A DNA stretch of 61,770 nucleotides, filler included, from Jimgerdemannia flammicorona (taxonomy: Eukaryota): NCBI GenBank assembly GCA_003990765.1. It is 3 parts of 3 records of this genome, joined end to end, with 100 filler letters (N's around TTAATTAATTAA, not from the genome) between each part and the next. Parts side by side here need not be neighbours in the genome. Positions count along the whole stretch, not along the records: positions 20,629 to 41,152 come from RBNJ01001661.1; 2 more parts are not named here. One strand, given 5' to 3'. Numbering within the stretch: the stretch's first letter is position 1; the number at the start of each line of letters is the position of its first letter. A program made the position numbers and the translations under genes. The notes beneath the pieces are model-generated. The model worked only from the letters and a program-made list of their open reading frames with translations. It did no database searches and was not told the origin of the DNA. Of the stretch, positions 26,159-39,763 are shown piece by piece.

Positions 26159-27020
26159 CATCTCGAAGAAGAGACCCGCGAAAACGCAAACAGAGCGTCG
26201 ATCGCTGTGACCTTGTTCCACTGATGAACTTGCTGTGTCCAGGTGATACATGTGTAGACGTACGATGCAAATAAATAAAAATGGCCCCAACATAAAAACC
26301 GCCGCCAGTGTCACTTAATTACAATAACACCTTCATAATGTGAGCGTATTATATATACATGAGTAATATCATAGAAGGTGGTGGGACCTCAGGGGCTAAC
26401 TCGAGGCACGGATCGAGCTCGTTACCCAAACACCATCACTGGGCCTGGGCGTCGATTCTAGGTCAGAACTCTCCGCGGAATCAATCTGGCTACCGGGAAC
26501 CGATGGAATATGCCGTGGCTAGGAGGCGGGTTGGCGTGGCGGGCGAGGCTTACAAGTGGGCAAAAATATTTACGTTGTTTTGACGTGTGCTACTACCAGA
26601 GCGCCGAATCCTGCGTTAGCGTGTTAAGGGTGACATACTACGTTATAGTTTTTTTTAGCCCTCGTTCGCCGCTTAGCACTTGTCAAAACCAAAACGGATC
26701 GCCGAAGCGAGCGCGAGCCTCACGATCGTCGGCTCCCCAATGTAAACGTGCAGTGCTAATTTTGTCCGGCACGGGGAGTTTGTTTTAGATATTCATAGAC
26801 TGCGCGGGCTGGCGGTTCCATGAGCGGTTGTCTCGGACGCGGTGCCGAGATATGTTATGGATTGGTGTAGTATCAAATGCAACCTCCCCTTTTCAGTTTT
26901 GCGACTTCGGCCAAGTACCCGTGAATTGCCGTAATTTCCGTCACTCGAGAAGCACAAAAATTCCGCATGTGCATGGGCATGGAATTTCCACTTGGCACGT
27001 TTTCCATGGCACGCACGTTC

Positions 27021-27102
27021 GAGGCTGATTTGGCCCACGAACCATGATTGCCAGCTCGATCTTTCGTAGATTTCTATACGCGTTTCTTTAGCCCATCGAC
27101 CT

Positions 27103-27142
<40 letters not shown>

Positions 27143-27416
27143 CCCCCAATGCCCCAGGACGGAGCGTATGGGAATAATAATAATAATAATAATAATTGGA
27201 TTTTGTATTCGTCGATGATGGCGAAACGCCCGAGGCCGATTTGGCCCGGGGCGATGACTACCACGAACCATGATTGGGAGCTCGATCTTTCGTAGATTTC
27301 CATAGGTCCATCGACCTTTTTTTTATTTTTATTTTTATTTTTTCCCCAAATGCCCAGGACGGGGCGTATGGGAATAATAATAACAATTGTATTTTGTATT
27401 CGTCGATGATGGCGAA
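27021..27416. repeat. ~200-bp imperfect tandem duplication containing poly(T) and (AAT)n
   Basis: Blocks GATTTGGCCC..ACGAACCATGATTG..AGCTCGATCTTTCGTAGATTTC..CAGGACGG.GCGTATGGGAATAAT..TTTTGTATTCGTCGATGATGGCGAA occur twice. Confidence 0.85.
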
Positions 27417-30210
27417 TTCGGCCTGGATAACGGCGCTAAACCGGTACCCAACAACGCAAACACTCACGCACATTGCCAATTCGCACGAGCACAGAAAGAC
27501 GTGATCGTGCGAACAAAGGACGCGCGCTGCTTCCAGAAGCCTGCCGCAGTGAGCCAAGAGTAATTCCGAACGGACGATACAAGATTTTCCAAAGATTTCA
27601 AGCTTTTCAGCACCGGCTATTGTTTACATCCTCCATCCAACGCAAGCTTTGTCCTCGACACGGTTCCGATTCCTACGCTTCCCGAGCCTCACCTGATACG
27701 ATCATCGATCATCCCACACACTTCGGGCCTGTGAACAGGGATGCAATGAGAAACGAATTGCCATCGTTCGACGTCGGATGAGGTGAGTATTTTACCTCGG
27801 GGCTTTTTGGTCCGTTCGCTCCGAACTAACGAAAATGCAATCCTTGGTTGGGTGATTATGTAGTATGTATGGCCGCGAAGGAGTGATCAAATCGCGCACG
27901 ATGCCCGAAATGGACGAAATGGCAGGCACGCACGCCATGCCCTGCGATAGTGATCGTTTGTTTTGCCTGTGATCGCGGACATCACCATGATCGTCGGGGG
28001 GAGTTTATTGCTACAAGACGCACATGTCATTCAAGCCTTGGCAGAGCCTGGGTACGGACCGAGGACTTGGGTACAGAAAGTGCATATGCCCGCGGAGAAA
28101 AAACAAGAAAAACAGGATGGAGGGCATCACACCTTCACGCGAAAATTTTGGCAGACGTGTGTAAATCCAGTTGGACCTACACATGAAACCAATGGCGAGT
28201 ATCACGCCCCAAGCTCCAAGAATCGCTTATCCACCAAAAGCCCCTTAACATTACTATTGATGTGCCCGACTTCAACTGGCAGTGCCGATGGCACGGTTCG
28301 ACGACTGCCTATTTTCCAGCCCGATCTCTGGTCGTTATCGTGCGGGAAGCACTTATGATTATCATGTGGTTGGGCCCGAATAGGGCAAAGGGCCGAACCG
28401 GGCTCGGTTCCGCGGCAAATGAGCCAGGACTGTTTGCGGGGGTCAGTGAGTCAGAGGTTGGAAAAACCTGCCACGGTCCGTTTTGTGCTAGCCACCGCGC
28501 GATAGTGTGCTGTCGAGCTGTCATTTCATGTGCAAACCGCGATGGGAAACCGATGTGGGTTTTCCCTCGACCCAGATTTCGATTGATACCGCAAATCGCA
28601 ATTCGCATATGGGTTATTTCAACGAAATTAAAGCCAACCGCAACCCGGCTGGGTCTGGTTCCCAAGGCCGGATGCCGCAGATATGGGAGTCGCAGTCCCG
28701 ACCTACCCCTACACCCCCGTATACATAAGCCAGCCAGCGAGCGATGGTGTGACAGACAAGGCTTCGCGGGTGCCCCAGCCTTTTTACCAGCCAAGCCAGC
28801 CAAGGTTGGACGAACTACTCAGTTTGTCAAGACCCGCCAATTTCCCCTTCCTTTGTCATGGAAACGATGCATACATTCTTCGTGCACCAAATGGTGACTG
28901 AGGTTCCCCGCAATATGCGAACTGATGTGTGTGACAGGCAGGGGGTTTCGCTATCGTGCTTGTAAGTGGCAAGATCGTCCGTCTGCTTGGGCGAAAATAA
29001 CAATTGAAGAAACGAGCCCGTCGGGACCTTTCCGAAGTATATGTAATTTTGCGTTGCGGTAAGGCGAGCAATCGGATGTAGCGTTTGTTTTCGTTTTGCT
29101 CGATGAATCGAGACCCAGGTCCTGACAAATGTCGCACGGATGGAATGAATAATTTGGGGCATATGACTCACCAGGAAGGGAGAGAAATTCGAGGCACGGA
29201 ATTAATGGTATTAATGGTTCTGCTTGGTATTATTACTTGGGCCGAAGGAAATGGAATGTTTTGAGAATACGCTAAATATGTTTGAGGGAATAAAGCCATA
29301 TTGGCTCTTTGTTAAATCGTTCGGGGGAAAGCTAAATCCACTCATCAGATTATGCTAATAAGTAAGGGATCCATTAACACCAAGTAATTTCCGCCAACGT
29401 GGCAGAATATCCACCGGAGTAACTTTCAAGAAACCGTGCGTTTGTCATCCCTACGCAGACTCAACCCCGCACTCTTTTGATATGCCGAACAGCTGCCAGG
29501 CCACGCGGTTTTTCACATGGATTAGACAGATTGGCACGCTTCTTCCAAACATCGCTCCTTCACCACACGACAAACATCCGAGGGAAAGGGATGATGGCCT
29601 TCGTTGAATGACAACGTTTGTTTGAAATGTACCTCCTGACACACGCCATCTTGCATCCGCGGTTTATTCTTGCTTCTACGTCATAGTATAACGAAGTCCG
29701 CTTTCTGTTTTGACATGCATGACACGGCCTTAGGCTCTAGAATTTGGACCCTTGACACGCGATAAGTCGGGTCACTGTCACAATCGAGGATTGGTGTTTG
29801 CCATGCGGAATACATGTCATACAACAAGGAAGTCAGCATTTTGAAAGGGGATACAATGCAAGTGACCTGATTACTAGGCTTTGCGAGCAGGCTAGAGGGG
29901 GGATTCTATGGTATTCGCAGATGAGCAGGTGACGAAACACGCAAGCCATTTACACGTGGCCAGCGCGAGCTATCGAGCCGAAAGTGCTGGGAGCCGCGCG
30001 GCCGCCGGGAGGCAAGTATTACCGGTTTGTGGTTTGTGGCATTTGAAAGCCACGTCCAATAGAAATCGGGGGCATCGGCTTTTTAGTTTAAGAGTTACCG
30101 TGGTAATCGAATGATGCGGGAACCAGACTATTTGGGGCGAGAGCGAACCGAAAATGGGGGCCACTTTTTTTTAGAATGGAATTCTAAATTTTTTTTTGAG
30201 GTGCCAAGTA

Positions 30211-30221
30211 ATATATAAAGG
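30211..30221 (+). promoter_or_regulatory. Putative TATA box
   Basis: ATATATAAAGG about 150 bp upstream of the ORF at 30368. Confidence 0.5.
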
Positions 30222-30367
30222 CCCGACTTCGCCCGCCGTCCTCCAGTTTCCGAAGCTAAGACTCACCGACAATACTAGATCGATAAACTACAGTAATCGC
30301 ACCTAGCAACAACCGTACCCCACCACCTTCAGTCCAAACCCAAACCTTTCCAACTTTACCTTGCGCA

Positions 30368-30661
30368 ATGGCCTCTATCCAAGCACAAAGCTTCAAGAAG
30401 ACGATCAAGCCTCGCCGCTCGTCGCTCTCGATTTTGGTGAACAACTTCATCAGTTCGTTCACCATTACCTCCACCGCGCCGCCGTCCCCCACCTCCTCCG
30501 TGAGCTCTGAGAAATCAGGTGGCTCTTACATTTCGGCTATGGAGACCGAGTACGTCTCGTTCCCACAGTTCGACGAGGACGAATGCTCCTCTACCGGTGC
30601 CCAGAAGCAGAAGGCGGATCTGGAAATGGAGCCTTACCTCGAGATCGCCATGGTGTGCTAA
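30368..30661 (+). CDS. Small Ser-rich, likely disordered 97-aa protein with a YVSFP motif
   Basis: Intronless with GC3-rich codon usage, an upstream TATA box, a CA-rich leader and a long 3' UTR-like tail. Confidence 0.7.
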   Translation: MASIQAQSFKKTIKPRRSSLSILVNNFISSFTITSTAPPSPTSSVSSEKSGGSYISAMETEYVSFPQFDEDECSSTGAQKQKADLEMEPYLEIAMVC

Positions 30662-31487
30662 ACCTTCCTGTTGGCAAGAAGTGGACTCGAAACATACATC
30701 ACTTCGCGTCTTCGGCAACATACACCCTCGCCTTCTGCATTCTACATAGCATCCGCACACTCACTTTAGACGAAAAAAAAAAACCGCCTCCCCCAACTGT
30801 AATTCTATGCCCCTTCACTTGTATATACTGCCCGCGCTCCTTTCCCTCCTTTTCTGAACCGCGCAGCCCGGCACTTGTGCCGCAGCTGTCTCGATGGCAG
30901 AGTTGCGGTCAACCTGACCATCCTGTCCTCCTGCCTTTCTTTTGTTTTTATTTTTCCAGCCTTTTTATTCGAAGGTTGCATGCAATCTTTGTTTTCATCT
31001 TCCTTGGACTTAATGAGCATTTCCTTACAGCCGATGTCTCATCGATGATGATTTGTATTCCTATCTTTACATGGTTTTATTCCGTAAAAACCACAATTTT
31101 GTGGGTTTTGTACAAAGTAAAATAAATCTAAGCGCCTCAGAGCTCTAAGCTCCGTCCAAAACAAACAATCCAATGGGTTCCTCATTTTTGTTGACATGCA
31201 CATGATTATACAGCACGCTGAGTGTTTCAAAAAAATATTGAAGGACCATTGACTTTACCCTAAAACTGCCATATATTGACTCTGAAGGGGTGGGCATGTG
31301 AGGGGTGAACATGTGAAGTCCTTCCGTATGCGCGTGCCTGCTGGGAGGAGTTGAACGAATGGTGGGTGAACGGTTGGGGGAAACACGCGCCTAGTTTCCC
31401 TTTTTTCCTTTTCCAATTTTAGCCCCTTTTAGCGGGGACTTGCAACATTCTCAGTCCGCCCATTCCAGCCTAACCTTCCCTTTCACA

Positions 31488-32041
31488 ATGTCGACACCAG
31501 CACGCGTGCAAATCTATGGCAGCTCCGTCTCCGGTAACATGAAGGTATATGACGCGTTCTATCTTGGCGCTTACGCACGAGGAAACTTCTGGCTTCCTCT
31601 CGCGATTACGCAAGTCCTCGCACTCAACCCCTCATTCCCCCCTCCCCCTCTCAGTACAAGTCGGGTATTACCAAGATCGAACAGGTGCTGACGATCCGCA
31701 AGATTCCATATGACTTCATCGACGTCGCGACGGACGAGACAGCCAAGATGTACATGAAGCGCAAGAACCTTGGCGTAACAACTGAGTTGCCGCAGATCTT
31801 TGTGGACGGCGAATACAAAGGGGTTGGTTGTTTGTTTACATTTTAGTTTTCCCGCCTTTTTGTTTAGGGACCAACAACCGCGTGGCACTCAACAACCAGC
31901 TCACCCCTTCTCATTCTACGTCATCCTTGGCGTCATCCTTGGCGTCATCCTTGGCGTAACTCCCTGCCGCAGCTCTTTGCCCAGTTCGAAGAAGCTGTCG
32001 AGTTCGACGAGTTGGATCAGTTCCTCGGGCTACAGGGTTGA
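31488..32041 (+). CDS. SH3BGR/glutaredoxin-like thioredoxin-fold protein (3 exons, ~97 aa)
   Basis: MSTPARVQIYGSSVSGNMK / YKSGITKIEQVL..RKIPYDFIDVATDETAK.YMKRKN...ELPQIFVDGEYKG / LFAQFEEAVEFDELDQFLGL. It lacks a CxxC motif, as SH3BGR proteins do. Confidence 0.9.
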
Positions 32042-34666
32042 TTTGTCGTTCCAGCAAATTTATTACCTAACCATGTAACTCCATGGAACCTGCACCGGCC
32101 CCGATCCTACTGAATTCGGGGGACACATGCTATTTTTCCCGCGCTTTTCGACCTTTTGTACGCACATAGCACTCAATAAACCAACGAAACTACAAAAAAG
32201 AAAAGGGGATTATGGAACGCCGAAGAACGAAAATTCATAATGTTAGGCCAGAAACCTATACGGGTTACCCGCGTTCTTGTGCCTCGGTTCCCAATCCATC
32301 CAACACACGATAATTCCGATAAACCGCCAGGGGATCTGCGGTCCTCTAATGATACAGAAGTACCCCCTGCAGGGACTATTGTTTTTTTATGAATGCGGAC
32401 AGATCGATTCGAGCATGGCGATTTGCTAAGTGATTTTACCACGGATAATGGCCAATTTCGGGAAGGGATGAAATGTTTTGGTGGCGCCACTCGCGCGTTT
32501 TGACGTGGGCGCTATATGTACTCCAACACGTCGATACGCCGAACAAGGGCCCTTGCATGCATGCAATATGGCGTCAGCATCGAGCAGTCAACCGGTATTC
32601 CCATCATCCCTGCAAGCGTGCTACCTCGTTTATTTTTCACCGCGGCTATAGATTGCTCACGTCCATCGTTATTTCTGGAATCAACAATGTCGATATTTTT
32701 TCTTTTTCTTTTTTTTTTTTTTGTTCCCCGTCAGTTCCCACCAGTTCCCGGTACTGTTACTTAAACATTCCAATAGCCGCAAATGTACTACCGAGTTACA
32801 GGGAGCGAACGAGCAAGCAGCCCAAACCCCGCTTGCATTGTGATCACCTAAGGCAGGTCCGCTTCGTCACGTATACGATTTTTTCCCGGTTGCAAGGGAA
32901 CTTACATATATATTCACATATATTCAGCCAATTACCCAAGTTAAGATGGTGGCATCTTGGCCAGCTTGGCAGGTGGGAAGATTTTTCCAGCTTGTGCGAG
33001 TGATGGTTTATGAAAGCGATCGGGGGGAGGGGGGTACAGTTGAGTGGTACACGTTGGCAAGTGTACCTCACACACGGAAATCCTGAAAGTATAGGCTATT
33101 GCGGGAGCAATGCAGATTGTGGTAAGTGCGCAATTATTTTAATTATTTTTGTTGTGCGAGGCACCCAACCGAGTGCGGCATGGGGGGGGGGTTTGTGGCA
33201 TGAGAGAAATTATAAAGAATTGTGTAAAAATATCACGAAAAAGCTATCTCCACGGACAAGAGTGTCCGACAATGACCAATAACGTAGGTATTTACTATAT
33301 CTGGCGACAATACAAATAGGTGAAACTTATCGAGAAAAATGAAAGACATGCTCCTACCACGTTTGTATCAAAAAAATTTTAATCATGGTAATTACGTCTG
33401 TTGGGGCAATTTTTCATTGAAAAAATAAATAAAAATAAAACAAAAAATTACATAAAACGTAACATAATTGTTTATTATTGTTTTAGTTGAACGTGGCAAA
33501 GTTGGGATGCGGAGCTATAGATAGAGAGCCGCGGCGCAATCCGCAGTTCCGCAGCACCGCCCTTTCGTCTATATACGCTTCCGACCAAAAATTACAATCA
33601 TTACAATTTATTCCAAGCAACAAACTCCCCAATCCGAACGGGACGATTCCTCCCCCCCCCCCTCGTGCCGCAACCGCCATCTGATCTGGCCGGATAATCG
33701 AGCTCGTGCGGGGTTTGCTTGTTAAATTTACATAGCCACAAGATCCGAATGAATTGGGAGAGTTCACTATGAAGCCTTCTGATGGTAAGGATCATCACTT
33801 CGATAAAACGATTTGCCCGTCTGAAATTAAATATCCTTGCTTTTACGGCGTTACGATTGACGATCATTTACCCCATGGTAATTTCCTTGACCGAGCTAGT
33901 AACATTGAGAGTAAAATAAACCACTTGCCACACCAGCAAACTTGCATAATGTCATAAGGAAGGGGAAGATCCCCTGTCCAGCACCCACGCCAAGGAAACG
34001 ATCGTGTTCCTCGACGGCGCTGGATCCTCTTGCAACACCCAATCATCCGAAGGTCATCCGACCAAAGCTGGTCACCTGCGTTAGATCATCTCGCTCCTGG
34101 GAGATCTTTGCCAGTGGATCGATCGAAGACAATCGTGTCCGATGCGTATTGTCTTGGAGGTCACTGCCAATAAAGGGATCATGCACTAGGGATTGGTTAA
34201 CCCCCTTACGTCGGACATAAGTGCCGGTGTCACGTGAACATTGGAACTAGTGGAGCGTTCTATACAAGGTCTTTATCGCTTTTTCAGGTCATTGACAATG
34301 ATCTCTAAATAAAAAATGGGGGACTAACATGCTAGTTGAACGAGGAACACTTATTGGGTAAAAAACCTTGTGAGGTGGACGATGTGAACGTCAGGAGTTT
34401 AGCCGTGGGATACTTGGTCTATACTCGCGTGACCTGCGTATTACAAGGCCGGACCTCAGATCTACGACGACGAGGCGCGGCTCGCCACACTGCTACTCTC
34501 CCACCACTTCTTATAATCCTGACCGATAATGGTAGGACGAAAGAAAAATTCCACGAAAGGAGACAGGGGTACATCTGCGTTTTGGTGATAGTGCGCATCG
34601 CATTAAACTCCGGCACATCGACCGCAGCATCCGATTAATGGTCTCAATGCAAAAAAAATAAAATAA

Positions 34667-34714
<48 letters not shown>

Positions 34715-35211
34715 CTCACAATATATGCACGTACACAGACTATTGCTAGAACGCAAGGAAAATTACTTACCGAAACAATTCAGCGTGTTGCATGCCATGT
34801 CGACCAAACTTTTTGTGGAACGCTATATGAGAAAGAAACACGTTATGAGAAACACTCATGGTGGAAGGATATGTCCGAAAGCCTTGATAACAGATATCGC
34901 TTTTTCGTTGATGGGGAGTTAACCTGGGCTAGCAATTCCGGATGGGAAAAGTGAGTGTGGTGTCAATGTCTACAGCGAGTGAGATATTTTCGCCTATCTC
35001 AACCATCAGTCTAAAGAGGGTTGCAAATTAGGAAATCTGAGCTTTATTACAGGGTACATAGGCTACAGTTAGCGTTATAGATCTTCTATGCTTATGGGGA
35101 TAAAGAAGAGATATTGATTGCTGTACTTCGTGTCGACGTGGCTTGCGTTACGATACCCGATAGCCTAATGTTGGCGGGAACCGATGCTCCCTCTTACAAT
35201 ATAATACAGGT

Positions 35212-36618
35212 CTAAGAAAAGTGTGGTGTCCGCCGAATGTTCAAGATCATCTTGAACCCCCGCCCAAGCCGCGAAAGCGTCGCGCGTAATTTACCTTTTC
35301 GCACGCGTTTCTCGGGCTGAACCTCGATCACGTTGGCCTTCTCCATCTTGGCTTCCTCTACACCATCCTCATTCCGCGGCCTCGCCCATCTCTTCCACAC
35401 ATTCGGCGCCTCCCGTCGAAACCTGCAGGGTTCCAAGTACCGCGCGGCGCCTCGATCCAGATGATCGGGGAGCACGATCTCCTCGAGCGTATCACACGCA
35501 GCTACAACGTCACGGATAAACGACTCGTAAATGTTTGGGCACGCCCTCAACGACAGTGACTTGATGCGCGGCCACATGCCGTCGCACACTATGACAGGAG
35601 CACCTCCCAGGAAGCACGGGCAGCCCTCGAGGTCGATGTATTCGAGCCTACGGCCGTGGCGGAGGAGGCAGTAGTAGAGGAAGTTGTTACTGAAGGACCC
35701 GACGTTAACAAGGCGGAGAGTACTGAGCGCGTGAGACCAACGGACGAGGGTAAACAAGCCATCGTATGTGAACGCCGGCATGATGTTGACGTTTTTGACG
35801 GAGATACTGACCTCGGCGAGGCGTCGGCAGGAGCGCGCCAGTGAAATAAGGACGGGATCGATAGTTTCGCGACGGTCGTGGTGCCTGTAGTGAAAGGAGC
35901 GTAGGTTTGACCAGGCGGGGACGACATCGCCGAGGTGGTCGTTGCGGAGAGTGCGGAGGCGGACGTCAATGAGGGCAGTGCAGCTGCTCAACGCGGCGTG
36001 GGTGTTGGAGTCGAGAGTGAATCTAGAGAGGACGAGGGATTCAAGGCGCTTGGAGAGAGCGACGATGAGGGAGTGAAAGGGGGCTCGGCGGGCGGGATCG
36101 CCAGAGCCGCCGTGGAGGTGGAGGTGAGATATGTTTCCACAGGCAGATTGGAGGTTGAAGATGAGCCGCGGAAGGCGGTGGAGGCGGTTGGGGCGCGGAA
36201 TGGTCGTGTTGAGATTGAAGCGGAGGAGAGTGAGATTGGGTGGTTGTTGTTCGAGGATATAGCAGAAGGAGAAAACGGTGCGATTGAAGTCGGAGTCGTT
36301 TGCGTCGTCGTGGTCGATGGGGATGGTCATCCTCTTTATGAGATTGAGGTGGTCGAGCCCGTTACGTCGGGATTCGGCGAGCAGACCGGCTATCCGGATT
36401 ATTTCATGATAGGTGTAGCTGTACCACTGGTTGTGGTGTTTGTGGTAGAAGAGATGGTTGAAAGTTGTGGGATCAACGAATTCATCGAGAAACGGGCGCG
36501 CCTCGGTGTGCCAGGCCTTACAGACTAAGGAAGAGGCGAACAAGTCGAGAGGTGGTACGGTGTACGGTGTTGGCACGAGGTAAAGAAACACTATATACAA
36601 GGTGTCAGGATTTAGCAT
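35212..36618 (-). CDS. Intronless F-box/LRR (RNI-like) protein, ~468 aa
   Basis: N-terminal F-box 'MLNPDTLYIVFLYL...LFASSLVCKAW' and LRR repeats (LEYIDLEGCP, IKSLSLRACPNI). The start is probably the ATG at 36618 rather than the longest ORF start. Confidence 0.85.
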   Translation of the reverse strand: MLNPDTLYIVFLYLVPTPYTVPPLDLFASSLVCKAWHTEARPFLDEFVDPTTFNHLFYHKHHNQWYSYTYHEIIRIAGLLAESRRNGLDHLNLIKRMTIPIDHDDANDSDFNRTVFSFCYILEQQPPNLTLLRFNLNTTIPRPNRLHRLPRLIFNLQSACGNISHLHLHGGSGDPARRAPFHSLIVALSKRLESLVLSRFTLDSNTHAALSSCTALIDVRLRTLRNDHLGDVVPAWSNLRSFHYRHHDRRETIDPVLISLARSCRRLAEVSISVKNVNIMPAFTYDGLFTLVRWSHALSTLRLVNVGSFSNNFLYYCLLRHGRRLEYIDLEGCPCFLGGAPVIVCDGMWPRIKSLSLRACPNIYESFIRDVVAACDTLEEIVLPDHLDRGAARYLEPCRFRREAPNVWKRWARPRNEDGVEEAKMEKANVIEVQPEKRVRKGKLRATLSRLGRGFKMILNIRRTPHFS

Positions 36619-37757
36619 GGATGAATGGCCGGTCTTCAACTTGCAGTGTTGTGAATTAGTATGGGCTATGCTCAGACGCGAGCATTCGGTTGATTGTGTT
36701 AAATCAGTCATTGTTGTGCAGCAAACACAGATTGGCCCCCGACCCCTCGCCAAAACAATCTTGTCGAGCTTAATGTTTGGCCAGCTGATTTGCATGGTGG
36801 GGTGTGCTCAAATAAACTTGATAAAACTCGAGAAAATGTTCAGAAAGTTGACGCCTAATCCTTCGAGAGAGATTCTACTGTGTCCTGCCCTCCAATATCC
36901 TGCATTCCATCACTGTAATTCTTGAGACGTGCATAGCTCTCTTGGACAAATTTTTGACCACCAATGCCGTGATATTTTTATCTATGATATAAATAGAAAC
37001 ATTGGGCGGAGTCCTTAAAAGCCCAAATCTCGTTATGGCGAACCTTTTCTTCACGGGTACTTGAATAGTAGTGTCCCATGGCTTTATTTAGGTGGTATTG
37101 TGCGAGTAATCGTTTGAATCATTCGTTACGGGGGTTGTGGGTAGGGGCGTTTGGATGCGTGATCGATGCTTGTTGGCAGGCTTAGATCGTGTCGTGTTTA
37201 AATTAGTAGATACGTTTCTGCAGATGGGTACGGAGATGTTCAAGTGTGCGTTGCGCCGAGATAAGAGGGGCCGAGCAAACAAATAAAAGATTGCATTGTC
37301 AGATAACAGCCGCCTGTGTATGAAACGGGAAGGGGAGCGGGCGGTTGCACGCTCGAAGAATATGCATTACGATACGGCGCTCTTTCAATGCAACGAATGC
37401 AACGGCGGCAATTATTTTAAAAGCAAAGAAATTCGAGTCCTTGACCTGTCGCGTTAAAATTTGCCCACATGAACGGTTACTCCTACATTTCTCACGAGCA
37501 GAGAAATTCAAAACATTTGCTGGCGTAGCTCTTGTCTTCGTCGTGCACGAACTACATGAAGTCAGACAATGTCTCTGCTCATGGAACGTGGCCCGTCAAC
37601 ATCGAAAATCTAAAAATCAATCCAGTGTCAAAAATAATGAAGATTTGATCTGAAACCTGATCTGAATCAACAGAATGACGAGAAAACGTAAATATATTTA
37701 TTTGCTCAGGCACGTGATTTTGTTGGATGAGATAACACATGGTGTTCGCTTCAAAGC

Positions 37758-37900
37758 CAAATCGTCGCCCTTTGATAAATAGGCAAATCGATGCCCTTCT
37801 GGCAAATCGTTGGCCTTTGATAAATCGGCAAATCAATGCCCTTCTGCCAAATCGTCGCCTTTCATCCTTTGGTAAATCGGCAGATCGACAAATCGTTGTG
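37758..37900. repeat. ~45-bp imperfect tandem repeat
   Basis: CAAATCGTYGSCCTTTGATAAATMGGCAAATCRATGCCCTTCTG, about 2.5 copies. Confidence 0.7.
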
Positions 37901-38344
37901 CTTGGGCAAATATTCGCCCTTGAAACCCTACCCTTGGATGTCAATTTGTGGTCACCTTTGATGGTCAGTTGTGCGGGATGTTTTCAGCAGGGGCAATCAT
38001 GATAGTGGGAAGTTGAATTTGAAGTCGTGTGATGTCCAGGCAGGCTTCCTCAACATCCTGTCAATCAAGGCCGGTCTGAAAATTTCGAAATATGATCTTA
38101 ATGGATCTGTTAGGAGCACTACTGGTGATAATACGCATCGCATTGATCTCCGGCTCATCGGCAGTCATCATATCGCATTAGCTAGGTAGATTCCACCCAT
38201 GTATACACACGCAAAAAAAAAAAGAGTATTGTTATAGAACTTCTGCACGTGATTTGAGCTACGACACCCGATAGTCTAATGCTGGCGGGAACCGAAGCCC
38301 CGCCCTTAATAATAATAAGAGGTTTTTCAAAATTTCCCAAGGAC

Positions 38345-39459
38345 CTAAGAAAGGTGGGAAAGATAATAGTTCAATCAAAGTGCTCTCATCGCCGAATGTT
38401 CAAGGCCATCTTGGACCGCTGCCCAAGCCGCGAAAGCATTGCGCGTAATTTGTCTTTTCGCACGCGTTTCTCGGGCTGATCCTCGATCACCTTGGCCTCC
38501 TTCACATTATCATCATCCTCATTCCGCGGCTTCATCCTCTCTTCCACACATTACGCCCCTCGCGTTGAAACCTTCTGGGCTCCAAGTACTGCGCGGTGTA
38601 CGGATCCAGATGATCTGGGAGCACGATCTCCTCACACGGTCACAACGTCGTGGATGAACGACTGATGTTGACATTTTCGACGACGATGCTGATCTCGGCG
38701 AGGCACGGGCAGGAGCACGCGAGGACGATAAGAATGTGGTCGATATTTTTGCGGGGTCATGATGCCTGAGTGGAAGGAGCGTAGATTTGGCCAGGCGGGG
38801 ATGACATTGGCGAGGTCGTCATTGTAGAGAGTGTGGAGGCGGACGTCGATGAGGACAGTGCAGCGGCTCAGCACGGCGTGGGTGTCGGAGTCGAGAGTGA
38901 AGTTAGAGAGAGTGAGGGTTCGAAGTGCACGGAGAGAGCGGCGATGAGGGAGTGAAAGAGGACGCGGTGGGCAGGGTCGCCAGAGTCGCCGTGGAGGTGA
39001 AGGTGAGATATGTTTCCACAGGCAGATTGGGGGTCGAGGATGAGCTGCGGAAGGCGGTGGAGGCGGTTGGGGCGCAGGATGGTCGTGTGGAGATTGAAGC
39101 TGAGGAGAGTAAGGTTGGGTGGTTGTAGTTCGAGGATAGAGAAGGAGGAAACGGTGCGGTCGAATTCGGAGTCGTCTGCGTCCTCGTGGTCGATGGGGAT
39201 GTATGAGATCGAGGTGGTCGAACCCGTTACGTCTGGATTCGGCGAGCAGGCTGGCCATCAGGATTATTTCATGGTAAGTGTAGTTGCGCCACTGGTTGTG
39301 GTACTTGTCGAAGAGATGTTCGAAGGTTGTGGAATCAACGAATTCATCGAGCAGCGGGCGTGCCTCGATACCAGGCTTTGCAGACTAAGGAGGCGAACAA
39401 GTCGAAAGGTATGATGTGCGGTGCCGAGACCTTTTGAGGCACGATGCCGGGATTTAGCA
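38345..39459 (-). pseudogene. Frameshifted, internally deleted paralog of the F-box/LRR gene at 35212-36618
   Basis: Collinear nucleotide homology, several frameshifts and a ~280-bp deletion in the LRR region. Confidence 0.9.
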
Positions 39460-39723
39460 TGGATGAATGGCCCAGGCTTCAACTTGCAGAGAGCATTCAC
39501 TTTATAGTGTTAGATCATTGTCGCGCAGCAAACACCGACAGGTCCCTGGACTCTTGCCAAAACAAGTCTGTCGGACCAGGCTGATTTGCATGATGGGATG
39601 TGCTCAAATGAGCTTGATAAAACTCGAGAAAGTTGGCATCCAATCCGTCATGAATGTTGAGAGGTTCTTCTGTGTCCTGCTCTACAGTATGCATTCGATT
39701 ACTTTGAGACGAGCGTAGCTCCT

Positions 39724-39763
<40 letters not shown>

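Noticed and set aside
28262..28897. Overlapping 211-aa and 164-aa ORFs
   Set aside because: They have no recognisable motifs or codon bias and are likely chance ORFs in GC-balanced intergenic DNA.
33730..33957. Coding-like stretch (TICPSEIKYPCFYGVTIDD)
   Set aside because: I could not identify a start, splice partners or a family.
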